Below, in pieces: positions 46,053 through 56,465 of a stretch of 64,000 nucleotides of DNA (its first letter is position 1; each line of letters starts with the position of its first letter). The position numbers and the translations under genes were made by a program. Source of the DNA: an uncultured Candidatus Entotheonella sp. (GTDB lineage Bacteria; Tectomicrobia; Entotheonellia; Entotheonellales; Entotheonellaceae); the NCBI GenBank assembly GCA_965217185.1, contig OZ244252.1:2112001-2176000 (forward strand), in the 5' to 3' direction. The notes under the pieces were generated by a model. That model was not told the origin of the DNA and did no database searches. It saw only the letters and a program-made list of their open reading frames with translations.

Positions 46053-47213
46053 TCAGTTCAACAGGCGCATCAACTGCGACACCGCCAGCGCCACAATGCC
46101 GAACATCAGGTGGCACAGCACCTTGGCGTGACCTCGCACGCGGACTTGGCGAGCGCCGAACTCGTCCTTGAGACGACCCTTGACACGCTCGACGGTGGTG
46201 CGCTCACGGTAGCGTAACTGCTCGGCGTAGACGTGGCCGACGGTACGCTGCGCCCGCGCCGCGGTCTTGCGTTCCAGCTTGCGCGAAGCACTGCGGGGAT
46301 TGGCGTCGATGATTGCAACATGCCCCAGCGACTCACGGTGCGCTCTGATCTCGGGCGCGTCATAAGCCGAGTCCATCAAAGCCTGCCCCGGACCTGATCC
46401 GGGGTCATAGAGGTTGGTGACTCGTGCGGCCGTCAGGGTCGCCAAGGGAATCGCCACTTGGCTGTCATGCAACGAGGCCGAGGTCAGGATGCAACTGAGT
46501 GGAACGCCGCCATCGGCTGCGTCGATATGCAACTTGTAGCCGCTCCATGATTCCTGATGTCCCTTGGCGTCCCGCTTGACGCCAACATCACAGGTGCGTG
46601 GCAGGTCGGCGAGCCTCTCCGGCAGGATCATGTTGGACTGGCGCGCCAGCCTTCGGGGCGCCTTGTTCGGTCGTTGTTCAGCCTTGCGCGGTCGCCCGCG
46701 GCGGCGTTTCGGCGTAGCCGCTTGGTGCGGCTTCGGGGCTGGCTTCTCGCGCCCCAAGATCGCCGTCGAATCGCGTGAGACGTGGCCGACCAGATGATCG
46801 CGCAAGGTCTTGTCGATCAGCGCCTCGTGCAGGCGGCTTGGCAAGGCGCTGTCAGCGAAGTCGCTGAAGGCCCGCGCGAAGGTCGCCGCGCTGGGGACCG
46901 CCGCGCCCTGGCTCCAGCCGCACAGGCGACGCAGCGGCCGGTCGATGACAAGGTGCTCAACGAGCGCGCGGGTGGTCGAGATGGCGAACACCGCCTTGGC
47001 GCTGAAGGCTCGTGCCAGCGCCGCACGATCCGCCTGCGGGCGCCCCGGCAAGCCACGCCAGCACGTCAGGAATGGCTCAACCGGCACGAACCCGAGCACC
47101 GTGACGAATAACTCGTAGCGCTCGCCCAAGGGACCGAGTTCTTCTTCGAGCGTGGGGAAAAGCTCTCGTTGCAAGGCGAAGCCGTAATTCGATAGGATCG
47201 TACGCAGGGACAT
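46053..47213 (-). CDS. DDE transposase
   Basis: SRDSTAI, GYKLH, LMDSAYD, RTTVERV.GRLKD. Confidence 0.88.
   Translation of the reverse strand: MSLRTILSNYGFALQRELFPTLEEELGPLGERYELFVTVLGFVPVEPFLTCWRGLPGRPQADRAALARAFSAKAVFAISTTRALVEHLVIDRPLRRLCGWSQGAAVPSAATFARAFSDFADSALPSRLHEALIDKTLRDHLVGHVSRDSTAILGREKPAPKPHQAATPKRRRGRPRKAEQRPNKAPRRLARQSNMILPERLADLPRTCDVGVKRDAKGHQESWSGYKLHIDAADGGVPLSCILTSASLHDSQVAIPLATLTAARVTNLYDPGSGPGQALMDSAYDAPEIRAHRESLGHVAIIDANPRSASRKLERKTAARAQRTVGHVYAEQLRYRERTTVERVKGRLKDEFGARQVRVRGHAKVLCHLMFGIVALAVSQLMRLLN
46381..46404 (-). repeat. 24-nt palindromic mini-insert, in frame (PGSGPGQA)
   Basis: CCCCGGA-TCAGG-TCCGGGG-CAGGC interrupts NLYD|LMDSAYD. Confidence 0.75.
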
Positions 47214-47436
47214 GGCCGTTTTCTCCTTCACGTGGTGGTCGCACAACACATGACATGAAGCAAAGACAGCCTGTCCCGTTCAAGTCAACCTCTTACCCTC
47301 AATAATTCCCGACGACTCCACAGTTTTGCAAAAGGCTCATACGAAAGAGCTTTTGGCAGTCTGCGAAATCACCTGGAAGCACCCCAAATTGCGGGGCATG
47401 CACAATTCACCGCGGAAGAATGTCCGGAGGTATGGC

Positions 47437-49356
47437 ATGCGTAAGACGATCCTGGAGTTCTGGATATCTCGGTTCTGCGCTTGGAGTCCCATTCTGGTGG
47501 TTCTGGCTGTTTTCGGGTGCGCCGGGATGGCTGATATACGGGGCAGCCAGGAGTTTTTCGGTCCATATGCCCAAGGCGACTACATGGCAGCCGCGACCAC
47601 TCTCGGCGGTGACAACGCGCTCGACTATGACGAGGAGAACCTGCTCACGTCGCTCCAGGTAGGTCTGGCCTTGAGAGCAGCGGGCTCGTTCGAGTCGTCC
47701 CAGGTTGCTTTCGACCGCGCGGAATCGCAACTCCTGTGGAAGTCAAACAGAATCAACAGCCTCGAAGACTTGATCGGGGCGGGGTTGACGGTCGTGAGCA
47801 ATGATCTCGTGCGGTCGTATCGAGGGAACATTTATGACGGGGTTCTGATCAACACGTACAAGGCGATCAACGCTCTGCATCTGGGAGACGAGAACCGCGC
47901 CCGGGTCGAGTTGAACCGAGCGGACCAGCGTCAAACCAACGCCGTCGAACAACTTGCCGTGAAGGTACAGGCCTTGGGGGCCGAGGATCCCGAGGAGAAT
48001 GCGCAGTCTGCGAACGTCGACAGAACACTTGATGACGTCATGAAACCGGACGGCGCGGTTGCGCAACGTTTGGCGGCCGTCGAGGCGCTTGGTGAGTATC
48101 GTGATCTCCGCAACCCGTTTACGGACTGGTTGCATGGCACCTTCCGTCTGGCAACGGGCGAATCCAATCGCGCTTCGGACTTGTTCCGCAACGCGGTTGT
48201 GCTTGATGGCCGACAGAATCGCCACGCCCTGGAGGACCTGCTCGTAGCGGAGGAGGCCGCTGGTAGTTTGGGCGATGTTCCGGCACGGGTTTGGATCGTT
48301 CACGAGGATGGTATTGGGCCGCATCTGGAAGAGTTTCGGTTCGAATTCAATGTCTTCACGCTGAGTGGGCCAATTTTTTCCGCCATTGCACTGCCGGAAT
48401 TCGTGGTTGGCAGACCCGCGTTAGGTACGCTAGGGATTCGCGCTGACGGCGCGGACTATCGGACCCAAACCCTGCTGAATGTCGATCGTTACGCGGCTAC
48501 GGAGTTTCGCGCCGGCTACAACGCCATCGTCGGCAAGGCCATTGCGTCGACCGTGGTCAAAACACTGGCGCAAGTCGTTGTCAATGAAACGGTGGGAGAT
48601 CAAGGTCTGGCCGGGGCATTGCTCGGCATCTTTGCCAACGCTGCAATTTCCGCCACGACGAAGGCGGACACACGGATGTGGCACGTCCTGCCGCATTCGA
48701 TTGGTGTGGCGAGTCTCCCGCGTCCGGCTGACGGGCGACTTTTGATTGCGGCTGGTTCAGGCGCTGCCGTTGACTTGACGTTGCCGCCCACCGCTTTCGC
48801 GCTCGTTACCGTGAAGACAGTCAATTCGGGAGCACCGCCAGCCATCCACGTTGCCGTCATGGGCCGCGGGATGGAACAAGCGTCCATAGACCGAGCGCCG
48901 CGGATATCTGGAATGCAGGCCCAGATCATCAAGGTGTCGGATGCAGCTGATGTAACCGAGGAGGACAGGCCGTCCGCAGTTATGCCAGAGCCGCCTTCGG
49001 TCTCAACAGAGGTGATAGTGGCGCCCTCGTCGGGCGACTGGTGGGTACCCTGGGTGTCGGTCGACAAGCGTCTGACCCGTCGCGGATTGCGCGATCTGCG
49101 AATGACTCGATCACGAAATGCTACTGGCCTGCTGCGTGTGGCAGGCGATTTTTTCAATCAGTCAAGAAGGAAGCTGACGGCGGCTTACCGGTTCACTTGG
49201 CTGGATGCGGTTGGCCAGCCGGTGGACAGCATTCTTGGTGATTGGCAGGTTGTCCACGCACTGCCGCGCGCCCGGGCAATGCTTGCGGGAACCGCACCGA
49301 GAGACGATGTTGCGCAATTCCGGCTTGAACTGCTGTCGGCATCTCGTCTCAATTGA
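47437..49356 (+). CDS. COG3014-like lipoprotein with C-terminal YcfL/DUF1425-like domain
   Basis: RBS GGAGG; lipobox-like AVFGC; YRG..YD.VLINTYKA, ARVELNRA, ADTRMW..LP; YRFTWLD..G. Confidence 0.75.
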   Translation: MRKTILEFWISRFCAWSPILVVLAVFGCAGMADIRGSQEFFGPYAQGDYMAAATTLGGDNALDYDEENLLTSLQVGLALRAAGSFESSQVAFDRAESQLLWKSNRINSLEDLIGAGLTVVSNDLVRSYRGNIYDGVLINTYKAINALHLGDENRARVELNRADQRQTNAVEQLAVKVQALGAEDPEENAQSANVDRTLDDVMKPDGAVAQRLAAVEALGEYRDLRNPFTDWLHGTFRLATGESNRASDLFRNAVVLDGRQNRHALEDLLVAEEAAGSLGDVPARVWIVHEDGIGPHLEEFRFEFNVFTLSGPIFSAIALPEFVVGRPALGTLGIRADGADYRTQTLLNVDRYAATEFRAGYNAIVGKAIASTVVKTLAQVVVNETVGDQGLAGALLGIFANAAISATTKADTRMWHVLPHSIGVASLPRPADGRLLIAAGSGAAVDLTLPPTAFALVTVKTVNSGAPPAIHVAVMGRGMEQASIDRAPRISGMQAQIIKVSDAADVTEEDRPSAVMPEPPSVSTEVIVAPSSGDWWVPWVSVDKRLTRRGLRDLRMTRSRNATGLLRVAGDFFNQSRRKLTAAYRFTWLDAVGQPVDSILGDWQVVHALPRARAMLAGTAPRDDVAQFRLELLSASRLN

Positions 49357-49407
49357 CAATCTCCCCAATCGGACGGGGCAACGGGAACGTATATGAGGAG
49401 AGACCAA

Positions 49408-50046
49408 ATGAAATCAGGTTACGGGCTACTCGTTCTTGCTATTTTAGTCGGGTCAATCGGCTTGACCGGATGCGGTACAACGAGCGTCGTTAATCTTAGC
49501 GATCCGACATACACGACGCGTCAACAAACAGGCGGTGAGACAACGTTTGGCCTGGACTATCGTGATTTCGAATATTCCGCCAAAAAGGCCGTAGATTCAT
49601 TCTTGAACAGTCCGCTGGCACGCAAGCCCGGGAGTTCGGCGCCTTGGATCATGGCAATCAGTCGCATTGCGAACGACACTACGCTTAATCTTGATACAGA
49701 CCAGTTGGTCAAGAAGATGCGCGTTGCACTTCTGAACAGTGGGCGCGTGATGGTAACGACGGCAGTCGGCGCGGACGGGCCGGAAGACGCAATGAGCCTG
49801 GAGGTTCGACAGCTTAGGGAATCGGATGAGTTCAACCAGGATACGGTTGCGGGTAGGGGTACGATGATTGCGCCTGATCTCAGCCTGTCTGGAAAAATCA
49901 TTCAGCGCGTCAACCGGGTTGGCAACAAGCAACAGGCCGACTACTACTTCCAGTTGACGGCGACCAACATTGAAACCGGCCTCGCCTACTGGGAGTTCGA
50001 GGAGGTTATCGCCAAACTGGGACCGAACGATTCATTTACCTGGTAG
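49408..50046 (+). CDS. LpoB-family lipoprotein
   Basis: Lipobox LTGC; I.NDT..LDTD.LVKKMRVALLNSG, APDLSLSGKI, DYYFQL. Confidence 0.78.
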   Translation: MKSGYGLLVLAILVGSIGLTGCGTTSVVNLSDPTYTTRQQTGGETTFGLDYRDFEYSAKKAVDSFLNSPLARKPGSSAPWIMAISRIANDTTLNLDTDQLVKKMRVALLNSGRVMVTTAVGADGPEDAMSLEVRQLRESDEFNQDTVAGRGTMIAPDLSLSGKIIQRVNRVGNKQQADYYFQLTATNIETGLAYWEFEEVIAKLGPNDSFTW

Positions 50047-50061
50047 GAAAAGGAGAATCCG

Positions 50062-51453
50062 ATGTACTGCATTGGAGCCAAATGGATGCGGTGTTTGCTT
50101 GTTGCACCACTAGCGCTGGCTTTGATCTTTGCATCTCAGCAAGCGCTGGCGGAGACCGACCAGCCGACCGACGCTGGTGTTGAGGCTGAAACGGCTGCAG
50201 GCGGAGCGAACTGGGATGCCAACGAGCGCGTCCTGGGCGATATAGAGGAGTGGAAAAAGAATAATCCGATGGCACGCAGTCTCATGCAAAGAGACGACGT
50301 TCTGGTTGTGGTAGGGACCGCTTTCGTTGCCCTCAGCGCGGACGACAAGAGATGGCCTAAAGCCCGCTCGCTGGCCTACCAGCAGGCTTTTATGAATGCC
50401 ATGGGAGAGTACGTCTCTCTGATCAGGAGCCGTGTGACGACTCGGTTGATCCAGGATCAGTTTGAACAGGACCTCGACGAGAGCGAGTTGACGTTTGATC
50501 CAGAAGATACCGTATCTTCAAAACTCGAACGGGTTTTTGAGAAACTCGCGATCCTCGGGGAACGCAAATTGGATCAGGCGCTCGCCGACTCCGGAATGGG
50601 CGCAGAGGAAATCGCTCGCCTTACCCCGGCCCAGAAAAAGACCACCTTCTCGGACCGTATCACGAGACGGACAACGAGAGAGGCTTTCGGGTCGGCCGCC
50701 GGACTCGTTCCGATCAAGACTTTCGAGGCGATCGATGACCAAGGCAACACGGCGATTGGTGTGGTGGCGGCTTCCTCAAGGCGAATGCGCCGGCTTGCTA
50801 CGCAGGTCGCACGGGGAAAATCCATAACGCCCGATGCTGACCGGGCGCGTCTGTCGGTCGCGGACCAGCTTGCCGAGATGTCAGACGAGGAACTCGTAGA
50901 TCAGTTTGGCGTTCGGGTTTATTGGGATGAACAGGGCTACCCCACTCTTGTGTCGTTTGGTCAGTGGGGATTTTCGAATGAAGGCCTGGACAAACGGAAG
51001 AAAGCTCGACGCCGGGATTTTGCCGGGCGCCAAGCGGAGAATGACGCGCGGTCGCATCTCGTTACCTTCATCAGAGCATCGACGCGCTTTACCGAGGAAA
51101 GCACCGTCGGGGCGGATGTTGAAGAGGCAATCAATGTGTTGCCGGACAACACCGTGGAAGAAATTGAGACGGCAAAGTTGGCCGATGAGCTGGTCAAAAA
51201 GGCCAACGTGACGTCGCAGGCGGAACTCACTGGCATGGCAACCTTACGTACTTGGGGTGCCCGGCATCCAGACCTCGATAGCCAGGAAATTGTTGGCGCC
51301 ATCGTATCCTGGTCACCAGCCCGTGAGAAGGCCGTACGGGCAGCGGTCCGAGATGATGAGCCCCGGAAGCAGCCCGCCCGGCAAGAAGAGTCAGCGCCGA
51401 GAGGGACCAGCACCCGCGAGAGTCGTGAAGACATGGATTCCAGCGATTTTTAA
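50062..51453 (+). CDS. Secreted uncharacterised protein (possibly DUF6844-like)
   Basis: Signal peptide; QFGVRVYWDEQGYPTLVSFGQW. Confidence 0.7.
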   Translation: MYCIGAKWMRCLLVAPLALALIFASQQALAETDQPTDAGVEAETAAGGANWDANERVLGDIEEWKKNNPMARSLMQRDDVLVVVGTAFVALSADDKRWPKARSLAYQQAFMNAMGEYVSLIRSRVTTRLIQDQFEQDLDESELTFDPEDTVSSKLERVFEKLAILGERKLDQALADSGMGAEEIARLTPAQKKTTFSDRITRRTTREAFGSAAGLVPIKTFEAIDDQGNTAIGVVAASSRRMRRLATQVARGKSITPDADRARLSVADQLAEMSDEELVDQFGVRVYWDEQGYPTLVSFGQWGFSNEGLDKRKKARRRDFAGRQAENDARSHLVTFIRASTRFTEESTVGADVEEAINVLPDNTVEEIETAKLADELVKKANVTSQAELTGMATLRTWGARHPDLDSQEIVGAIVSWSPAREKAVRAAVRDDEPRKQPARQEESAPRGTSTRESREDMDSSDF

Positions 51454-51483
51454 GCATGTTTCCAAAGTGAGGAGCGTGTCACG

Positions 51484-52836
51484 ATGCGAACTGCACAAGG
51501 GTTTCGGAACAGCCGTGGGACATGGGCAGCAGTAGCCATCGTATGCACCGTGCTTGCCCTTTCAACGGCCGTTGCACAGACGACGATTGAGGAGCGGGAG
51601 GTCAGAGGGCGAGGTGTGAGCGAGGTGGACGCCATCCTGAACGCCCTCCAGGAAGCGACGTTCCAGGTCTGCGGTGTGCAGATCCGCGCCGACCTGACGA
51701 TGAGTTCTGCGCTGATCGAAGACGACAACGTGCGGATGATTGACCAGATCAATCGGAGCATCCACGCAACATCGACGCAGCGCCCCTGCGATTTTCAAGG
51801 ATACGACGTCTTGGATATCGCGGGTAACGAACCGGATGTGCGCGTAAGTGTGCTCGTCAAATATGCGGTTTACCGGGTGCCGGGGCCATCAATGAAGCGG
51901 CGGCGGCTGGCCGTGCTCGACTTTCCGATGGAAGAGGTTCATCTCTACGGGGTCGGCGGTGGACGACAGTTGCAGGTTGATGGCCGTGCCGTGCGCGTCG
52001 GCACTGACGTTGACTTCAAGCTCGTCAGGAAGCTTCAACACGGGTTCCGTGCGAAGGCAGAGGAACTGCTAACGCAAGGCCGGCGGTTTGGCGTACTCGA
52101 TCGTAAACGGCCGGAGGTGTACGAGGCCGAGAAACAAATCCTCGCATCCGGGGACGTGGATGTCGGCGAACGGGCCCGGCTGGGCAAGGTCATGGGAGCA
52201 GACTACTTGGTGTACGGTACGATTGACCGGGTCGCGATTGAAACCACGACCCGAGTCATCCGAGCTACCGGTGAGCGAATCGAGCGATCCCACGGGGCTA
52301 CAAAGGTGCGATTCACTGTGCTTGCTGCAGCAACGCGGCAGGTCAAATGGTCCTCCGCGATTACCCTTGACAGGAGGCTGCCCCCGGGGCTGAGGCCCGA
52401 AGCAGCAGCGGAGGCCCTTCTGGAAGAAGTTGCGGTTCGCATGGTCGATGAATTGACGGAGAACATCTATCCGCCGCGCGTGACAGAAGTGCTCGGCCCA
52501 GGTCAGTTCGTCGTCAACCGGGGTGGCAACACGGTTGAAGCGGGCAGCGTGTTTGAAGTCTTTGCGGTAGGCGACTGGCTGTTGGATCCCGATACCGGTG
52601 AACGGCTCGACCAGCTCGAAACCTCCGTTGGCATTGCGCGGATTGTGACCGTCAAGCCCAAATACAGTATCGCCGAGTTGATTTCGGACGTCGTTGACCT
52701 GTCACGGGGCATGGTGCTCCGCCGCCGTCAAGCAATGCCTGAAGAGGCGAGCCGTGTGCCGGCCCGACAGCGCAGCTTTGCCGACGAGGATGGCGATGGA
52801 ATACCGGACTACTTGAACCGGTTGAACCAGCAGTGA
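51484..52836 (+). CDS. CsgG/HfaB-like protein with FlgT-like C-terminus
   Basis: RLAVLDF, RRFGVLDR, GADYLVYGTI, DPDTGERL. Confidence 0.72.
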   Translation: MRTAQGFRNSRGTWAAVAIVCTVLALSTAVAQTTIEEREVRGRGVSEVDAILNALQEATFQVCGVQIRADLTMSSALIEDDNVRMIDQINRSIHATSTQRPCDFQGYDVLDIAGNEPDVRVSVLVKYAVYRVPGPSMKRRRLAVLDFPMEEVHLYGVGGGRQLQVDGRAVRVGTDVDFKLVRKLQHGFRAKAEELLTQGRRFGVLDRKRPEVYEAEKQILASGDVDVGERARLGKVMGADYLVYGTIDRVAIETTTRVIRATGERIERSHGATKVRFTVLAAATRQVKWSSAITLDRRLPPGLRPEAAAEALLEEVAVRMVDELTENIYPPRVTEVLGPGQFVVNRGGNTVEAGSVFEVFAVGDWLLDPDTGERLDQLETSVGIARIVTVKPKYSIAELISDVVDLSRGMVLRRRQAMPEEASRVPARQRSFADEDGDGIPDYLNRLNQQ

Positions 52837-52866
52837 GGCAAGGATATACGCAACACCATAGAGGAG

Positions 52867-53487
52867 GTGGCGGTAATGATCCGAGGTAAAGCTTTTCGAC
52901 CCCTTGCCGCAGGAATTTTGGCTGCGGTTGCGTTCATGGCGGTGAGTACGTCCGCTCAGGCCGGCTCTGATGATGACGAACGTGTGGTCGGTGCCATCGT
53001 GGGGAGTGTGATCGGCGGAGCGATCGGCTCGACAATTGGTAGGGGTGCCGAGCGAGGCGTTGCCATCGGGGTTGGGTCGCTGCTCGGCGGGATAGCCGGA
53101 TATCACGCGGTAGATCCCGATCCCTACCGGCATCATCGCCGCGGGCATCGCCATCCGAGGCACAGACGACACGTGTATTACGACTACCCGGTGTTCCGGC
53201 CTCCCATATACGTACACCCACGGCCCCCGCGGCGTGAGCGTCATGTGCAGCACCACCATTATTATGAGGCACCACCGCAGCCGCGGACTGTCGTGACGTA
53301 TCAGCTTCCGGCCCCTGTGGCGCCCGTCACGCCGGTGCGGGAGGTGAATGTCGTTACGGCGCCTCCGCGCGGCAGATCAAGCCTGGGACACGAAGTCGTG
53401 TTGACAGAATGCAAGGTGCTCGAAGCCGGAATAGCGCCGGTTTACGCCTGCCGGACAGCAGGGGGCGACTGGAGGGTTTTGAAGTAG
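52867..53487 (+). CDS. Glycine-zipper protein with His/Arg/Pro-rich region
   Basis: GAIVGSVIGGAIGSTIG..GSLLGGIAG; signal peptide. Confidence 0.75.
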   Translation: MAVMIRGKAFRPLAAGILAAVAFMAVSTSAQAGSDDDERVVGAIVGSVIGGAIGSTIGRGAERGVAIGVGSLLGGIAGYHAVDPDPYRHHRRGHRHPRHRRHVYYDYPVFRPPIYVHPRPPRRERHVQHHHYYEAPPQPRTVVTYQLPAPVAPVTPVREVNVVTAPPRGRSSLGHEVVLTECKVLEAGIAPVYACRTAGGDWRVLK

Positions 53488-53525
53488 GGGCGGCACGTTC
53501 TGGCAGGTTGTGGAGTAAATCGACC

Positions 53526-54485
53526 TCAACCGAGCTTGGCGGCAACGCGGTCGGCGAGCATGCGGATAAAGGCGGGATGGCTGTGCACCGACTCGGCGCG
53601 CACGAAGCGGACGCCGTGCTCGGCGGCGCAGCGTTGGCCCTCGACGCCGAGGTCGTACAGCACCTCGACGTTGTCGCACAGAAAGCCGATAGCATTGCTG
53701 ACAATGGTCGATTTGCCGGCATCGGCGTATGCGGCGATGACATCCTCTACTATCGGCTGCGTCCAGGGCACGGTCGAATCGCCGGACTGGGATTGGTAGG
53801 CAACCCGGTAATCCGGGCCGCCAAGCTGTGTGGCAACCAAAGCAGCGGTCTCTTCAATTTGCTGGCAGTATGGGGCGGTTCGCGACAACGATTCGGGCAC
53901 GGCGTGCGCGGTGAGCAGGAGCGCCGTGTCCGGGGCGCACAGATCAATCCCCTCGCGGCGGCTCGCTTCGGTGATACGGTCGGCAATCGCCTCGGTAAAC
54001 CCGGCTTCGTTCCACCACGGTTCCACCACCCCGATCACCTTGGGGGCGCCCGGCCCCGCCTGCTCAATGCCCTCCCCGACGATCCGTAGATACAGGTCCC
54101 AACTCACCGATGACTGGTGCGGCGCCATGATCAGCACCAGCATCTCCCGCGCCCCTGCCGCCTTCATCTCGGCAACGACATCGCGCACGTAAGGCCGCCA
54201 ATGGTGATAGCCGCACCAGACCGGCACGTCGATGCCGCGTGAGCCCAACTCCGCGGCCAGTGCCTCGGCCTGCTTGCGGGTGTAGGCGTTGAACTCGGAA
54301 TAGCCGCCGAATTCCTCATAATGGGCCGCCACTTCGGCGATGCGCTGGCGGCGCGCCGGGTTGTGGCCAAGGATGCCGGAAACAAAGCAGTACGCCTCGC
54401 CGGGGCAAGGCGTGAAGCGTTCGCAGCAGCCGGGTGTCGGACCGCCGAACGCCACCATCAGGAGGGCAGGGGCGGGGCAACTCAT
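53526..54485 (-). CDS. hemH: Ferrochelatase (HemH/CpfC family)
   Basis: FGGP, HY..FGG.S, TAHAVP, YQS..PWTQP, GFLCDNVEVLYDL. Confidence 0.88.
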   Translation of the reverse strand: MSCPAPALLMVAFGGPTPGCCERFTPCPGEAYCFVSGILGHNPARRQRIAEVAAHYEEFGGYSEFNAYTRKQAEALAAELGSRGIDVPVWCGYHHWRPYVRDVVAEMKAAGAREMLVLIMAPHQSSVSWDLYLRIVGEGIEQAGPGAPKVIGVVEPWWNEAGFTEAIADRITEASRREGIDLCAPDTALLLTAHAVPESLSRTAPYCQQIEETAALVATQLGGPDYRVAYQSQSGDSTVPWTQPIVEDVIAAYADAGKSTIVSNAIGFLCDNVEVLYDLGVEGQRCAAEHGVRFVRAESVHSHPAFIRMLADRVAAKLG

Positions 54486-55324
54486 GGCGTGTCGCTCACG
54501 GCGCCAAGGTCGACGCGAATGTTCAGACCCTGACGCAGGTCGGCGTACGTCGGCTGGGTAGCCTCGGCACCGGCGGTGGCCGAGGTAACGCCGGGCAGCA
54601 TGGCCTTGGTGCGTTCGCTGCTGATCTTGTCGAGCACGCCCCACCAGAACTGTTCGCGCGCCTTGAGGCTCAGCAGGGCGCCGCGGCGAATCTGCCCCCG
54701 CGCTTCCGGTGTCTCGCAAAACGTCACCAGCGCTTCTTCCAACCACGCCCCGTGATCCGCGTCCTGATCCAGATGCATCGACCAGTACGTCACGTCGTCG
54801 GCCGCAAATCCGGCCTTGCGCAGGCCGGTCATGACGTGCTCGAACATGGTGGGAATCGACCATTCGTGGCCCGGCCCGACGGCGCCAAGCCCGACCAGAA
54901 AGGGTTCCTGCGTGCAGATGCGGTAGTGCTCGCGGATGAAGCCGACCACCTCGGGATGCAGCGGGAAGCTCGCCTCACTGCCCGGCGCGATGCCGGCGGC
55001 GTGCATGAAGGCCCGGTAGGACGCGGCGTGATCGTCGCCATCCGACCGCTCGCCGTATTCGTCCACCAGCACCTTGGCGAGCCAGCGCTTGGCTTCGCTG
55101 CTCGGCGCCCGCAGCAGCAAGAGTTCCATGTAGGTGGTGAAATTGGCGACCAGGGGATAGTGTTGCGAGGCCAGGATTTTGAAGTCGTGGCGGGTGCGCG
55201 GGTCTGTCAGCATGCGGCCGAGCAGCGAGTGCCCGACGCCGGGATGGCACTGGATTTCTTCGCGCAACGACCTGAGAAAATCGCGCCCTGATTGGGTCTC
55301 CTGACGTACAACTGCCGATACCAT
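54482..55324 (-). CDS. Heme-oxygenase-like diiron (iron-containing redox enzyme, TenA/PqqC/CADD-like) protein
   Basis: LVDEYG..DDH, HE, YWSMH..D.DH ligand pattern. Confidence 0.8.
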   Translation of the reverse strand: MVSAVVRQETQSGRDFLRSLREEIQCHPGVGHSLLGRMLTDPRTRHDFKILASQHYPLVANFTTYMELLLLRAPSSEAKRWLAKVLVDEYGERSDGDDHAASYRAFMHAAGIAPGSEASFPLHPEVVGFIREHYRICTQEPFLVGLGAVGPGHEWSIPTMFEHVMTGLRKAGFAADDVTYWSMHLDQDADHGAWLEEALVTFCETPEARGQIRRGALLSLKAREQFWWGVLDKISSERTKAMLPGVTSATAGAEATQPTYADLRQGLNIRVDLGAVSDTP

Positions 55325-55590
55325 GCCTGCTCCCGTCGCGAATGCCGTTTTGTGGGGGAACACCGCCGGAGAGGGTCGGCAGTGCGACCATACGATAAAG
55401 GATTGGCCCCGTAAGGGCAACGCTCGAACGGGGAGCGGGACTGGCTAAGCGCCTATTCACGTAGTCGGGTTGGAGGGGTGCATGGGCTGTGGGCCGCGGC
55501 GCAGGCTTCGGCGTCCAGGGGCAGACGTCGCAACGCCAATTCCTCAAGGATGGGCCATCACTTCCTGATGCAGATGGATACGAGAATGCT

Positions 55591-56005
55591 TCAATAAGGC
55601 AGAAGAACAAGAAAAATCATCCATCCAAGCATCCCGCCGGCCAGGACCTGCGGCAAGGTATGGCGCTTCAGATAAAGCCGCGACCAGCCCACCAGCACTA
55701 CCGGCGTCAGGACCAGCGTCAGGCTACCGTAGGTCGTGGACAGCAGAAAGGCCATAGCCGCGGCGCCGGCGGAGGTCCACGTCGGATACCCTACCGGTGC
55801 TCAGGCACCACCAGAACGCCAGCAACGGCCCGGCCACACCGACCCCAATAAAGGCCAGCGCGCATCCCCACGACCTGTGGAACGGCTGCGCAGCGGCAGC
55901 CAGTAGAATTCCCGCAACAGCGACGCACGGCGGCGACAGCAACTGCGACACGCCGCGGGCCAACCCGTGCAGGTATTTGGACGTTCGAACGGTATCTGCC
56001 CTCAT
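55591..56005 (-). pseudogene. PAP2-like membrane phosphoesterase with internal deletion/frameshift
   Basis: N-part ...GRVSDVDLRRRR; C-part in another frame VGWSRLYLKRHTLPQVLAGG. Confidence 0.65.
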
Positions 56006-56037
56006 ATCGTCCTCCCCTTTCCCCAACGGGCTACGAA

Positions 56038-56465
56038 TCAGGCCGCCTTCCGTAGCCGAACCACGCCGGGCACCGGCCTGCGCGGACGCGGACCTGGCCA
56101 TTGACGCATGCGGGCGAGGACAAAGGGCCCTATGAGCACCATGCTGAGGACCTCGCACTCCACCAGGACGGCTCGCCAGAACACGTCGCCGTAGAGCACG
56201 GAAGTCTTGATGGGAACATCGATGAAGGGCCGCCAGGGCAGGAGAAATCGCGTGTTGTCGATGGGCCAGAAAAAGGCCACGCCGAGGCGCCCTTCCACCA
56301 TGGCGTCGAACACACCGTGCAGGGCGGTGATGACGAAAAACCAGGAGAGCAGGCCCCACCAGGGGACGGTGCCGGCGCGGATGCGGGGGTAGGCGAAGCG
56401 CATCACGACGAAAGCTAGGAGGAGGGCGAAGACGGCGGAATGCGTCAGGCCGCGATGGCGGCCAT
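56038..56465 (-). pseudogene. YbcI/DUF457 metal-dependent hydrolase, 5'-truncated
   Basis: Starts at HRGLTHS; HGVFDAM..G..GVAFFWP; the N-terminal half is absent. Confidence 0.7.

Larger units (their letters stand above)
45828..47338 (-). mobile_element. Insertion sequence (IS1182/IS5-like), ~1.5 kb
   Basis: IRs GAGCCACTTGCAAAAC / GTTTTGCAAAAGGCTC; 4-bp TSD ATAC (45824-45827 and 47339-47342). Confidence 0.88.

Noticed and set aside
47326..47436. N-terminal extension of the 676-aa ORF
   Set aside because: It begins inside the IS inverted repeat; the RBS and lipoprotein leader support ATG at 47437
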